Source: Candidatus Rifleibacteriota bacterium (lineage in GTDB: Bacteria; Muiribacteriota; Ozemobacteria; Ozemobacterales; Ozemobacteraceae). From it: DNA of 16,892 nt. Positions 15,476 to 16,892 of this stretch are shown here, one piece after another. The number at the start of each line of letters is the position of its first letter. Position 1 is the first letter of the stretch. The notes under the pieces are model-generated. The model was not told where the DNA came from. It ran no database searches and saw only the letters and a program-made list of their open reading frames with translations. The stretch is from contig JBNJGH010000075.1 in assembly GCA_051747585.1 (NCBI GenBank), positions 1 through 16,892 on the forward strand, in the 5' to 3' direction. The position numbers and the translations under genes are program-made.

Positions 15476-15504
15476 ATTGTAAGAAAAGCAATTCCAACAA
15501 GCAA
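15476..15504 (-). promoter_or_regulatory. Sigma-70-type promoter for the CaCA antiporter
   Basis: On the minus strand TTGCTT (15504-15499)-N17-TACAAT (15481-15476). Confidence 0.55.
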
Positions 15505-15586
15505 CTTTTTTTTAAGATATTCGGTTCTGGACAATTTGGCTGTTTTCAAATAAGGTGTGACGAAGTATTACAGGCGAAAAATATGC

Positions 15587-15769
15587 AGAATTCCATCGAT
15601 CTTGACTCCACCGGTAGGCATAATTGCCGATTCGGTTAATCTCAACTATCTGGTTGTTTTTAGTCCTGCGGTCACAACTATTTGTATGAGCTTGCTTGGA
15701 ATAGCACCAAATTACGGCATTTTAGCAATGTTGATTTTTATCTCAGGCATCAGTTTCGGTCTTTTTCAT
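15587..15769 (+). pseudogene. Internal fragment (~TM2-TM4) of an MFS transporter, Fsr/fosmidomycin-resistance-like
   Basis: Inside the 15557..15874 ORF: RIPSILTPPVGIIADSVNLNYLVVFSPAVTTICMSLLGIAPNYGILAMLIFISGISFGLFH, with MFS motif A-like GxxAD and the Fsr-like MSLLGIAPNY...GIS..xFH pattern; flanks do not look MFS-like. Confidence 0.7.
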
Positions 15770-15779
15770 CGAAATTTTG

Positions 15780-15816
15780 GTGTCGCTATCGGGATCGTGA
15801 TCGGGCCTCAGGATCG
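15780..15816. repeat. Short degenerate hexamer tandem (NNRTCG)
   Basis: GTGTCG CTATCG GGATCG TGATCG (15780-15803) and a further GGATCG (15811-15816). Confidence 0.5.
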
Positions 15817-15840
15817 AAAAATGAGGTGCTGTTTTGGTTA

Positions 15841-15879
15841 TGTTATAATTAAGTTGCATCTAAAATCGTGTTAACGATT
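15841..15879 (+). promoter_or_regulatory. Extended -10 promoter with downstream palindrome
   Basis: TGTTATAAT (15841-15849) = TGn-TATAAT; AATCGT-GTTA-ACGATT (15864-15879) downstream. Confidence 0.55.
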
Positions 15880-15921
15880 CTTGACCACAAATATAAATAT
15901 TTTAAAAAGGAGACAAAAACT

Positions 15922-16401
15922 ATGACATTTTTTGCTCATAGAGAAAGTTTAAAAATAATTGTAGTTCTTGTAACTTTTTTGCTAGTTAGTGGAGTGGCTT
16001 TACTTGCTAGTGAACCTCCTGCTGTTCCTGAATTGTTGCCCGACTGGAATCAGATCGCCGATATAGTGGCTTCTGAACACCAGCTGAAAACTATTGGGCA
16101 AAAACTTGGTATTAAGCCGCGTGCTGTTCGCAATATAATCTATAGAGTCAGCGAAATTAAAAGAGCTCAAATAAATGTTCTGGTTGCTTCCAATGCAGAA
16201 GATGCAGACAAAATTATGGCAAGCCTGAAAAAAATTAAAACAGAAAAAGCGCTTTTGCGTGACGGGCTCGTTATTTATGAATTTGTAGGCGCAAATAACG
16301 TTTTTTCTCAAATAGTTGAAGCCCGCAAACTTTTAGAGAAAAAACTCGCCAAAAAAATGGATGAAGAATTTCCGCCTGGAGTGAACGTAAAAAAGGAGTA
16401 A
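15922..16401 (+). CDS. Exported hypothetical protein (159 aa)
   Basis: AAGGAG RBS (15907-15912) supports ATG 15922 over the ORF-track start 15868; signal-peptide-like KIIVVLVTFLLVSGVALLA. Confidence 0.75.
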   Translation: MTFFAHRESLKIIVVLVTFLLVSGVALLASEPPAVPELLPDWNQIADIVASEHQLKTIGQKLGIKPRAVRNIIYRVSEIKRAQINVLVASNAEDADKIMASLKKIKTEKALLRDGLVIYEFVGANNVFSQIVEARKLLEKKLAKKMDEEFPPGVNVKKE

Positions 16402-16408
16402 GTTTTTT

Positions 16409-16892
16409 ATGGTCTGGACCGAACATGTTGGTGATGCATTAGGACATCGTAAAGGCGAACGCGGAACTATTAAATTTCAACCCGGCGAACGGCCACCACC
16501 GACAGCTCTTGGTACACTTTTAAGAATAGCTGTGGCGGTACCGCTGTTATATTTTTATTTTCGGGAAGTTGGCGAAATTTTTGACCTTAGTACTTTTACT
16601 GATTGGTCATACGCCGTTTACGGGCTGGGAGTCTATTTGTTTTTTGCCTTTTTTATAAGACCACAACCGGGCAGCTATCTGGGTAATGCTTATTACTGGG
16701 TTAATGGCGAGCAGTATGAAGGTGATCCCTATACTAGAACCGACGATATTAACAACCTGTTGCTGTGGATGATGGCCTTTTTATTGCCCGGCGTTATTAT
16801 CTGCGAAGCTATTATTGATCCATTCAGACTGTTGTTACGAGTTGCTTTCCCCGCGTGGTATGAAAGAGAAAGAAAAATATTGGGCAAAAAAT
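16409..16892 (+). CDS. Hypothetical integral membrane protein, stop not within window (absent from ORF track)
   Basis: AAGGAG (16393-16398) then ATG 16409; manual translation open for 161 codons: MVWTEHVGDALGHRKGERGTIKFQPG...LLRIAVAVPLLYFYF...YGLGVYLFFAFFIRPQP...GDPYTRTDDINNLLLWMMAFLLPGVIICEAIID...KILGKK; about 3 TMs. Confidence 0.8.
   Translation, partial: MVWTEHVGDALGHRKGERGTIKFQPGERPPPTALGTLLRIAVAVPLLYFYFREVGEIFDLSTFTDWSYAVYGLGVYLFFAFFIRPQPGSYLGNAYYWVNGEQYEGDPYTRTDDINNLLLWMMAFLLPGVIICEAIIDPFRLLLRVAFPAWYERERKILGKK

Noticed and set aside
461..15549. Other short nested or antisense ORFs in the track (e.g. 461..703, 1359..1682, 4624..4890, 5449..5850, 7366..7698, 13139..13522, 14728..15006)
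   Set aside because: Lie within better-supported genes and show no protein-like features.
15438..15560. yybP-ykoY or other riboswitch upstream of the CaCA antiporter
   Set aside because: The predicted promoter leaves only a ~30-nt leader and no consensus motif is visible.
1..16892. Taxonomic assignment (protein style suggested Candidatus Riflebacteria)
   Set aside because: Impression only; no marker gene in the window and no search was possible.

Overview
AT-rich (~40% GC by eye) bacterial chromosomal window with dense, mostly membrane/envelope-related genes; no rRNA, tRNA, CRISPR array or intact mobile element seen. Order: 3' end of a xanthine-dehydrogenase-family (2Fe-2S) subunit and its FAD subunit (+); a near-consensus sigma-54 promoter with two upstream palindromes ahead of two exported TPR proteins and a degenerate ATP-grasp protein (+); a LysM/lysozyme-like envelope protein (-); an orphan PhnD-fold binding protein coupled to a TM-sensor-HAMP-degenerate class III cyclase-HEAT protein (+); an ECF S component (-); a K+-dependent membrane pyrophosphatase with Na+,H+-PPase signature residues and a ~195-aa acidic, FG-motif tail (+); a bidirectional terminator; an aldo/keto reductase-ferredoxin fusion (-); floA plus a small coupled ORF (+); a CaCA Ca2+/Na+ antiporter (-); a stranded MFS gene fragment; and two hypothetical genes (+), the last running off the window. 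Best candidates for undescribed biology: the PhnD-like/pseudo-cyclase-HEAT pair, the sigma-54-driven TPR operon, and the PPase tail. All family calls come from motif recognition by eye; no searches were run.
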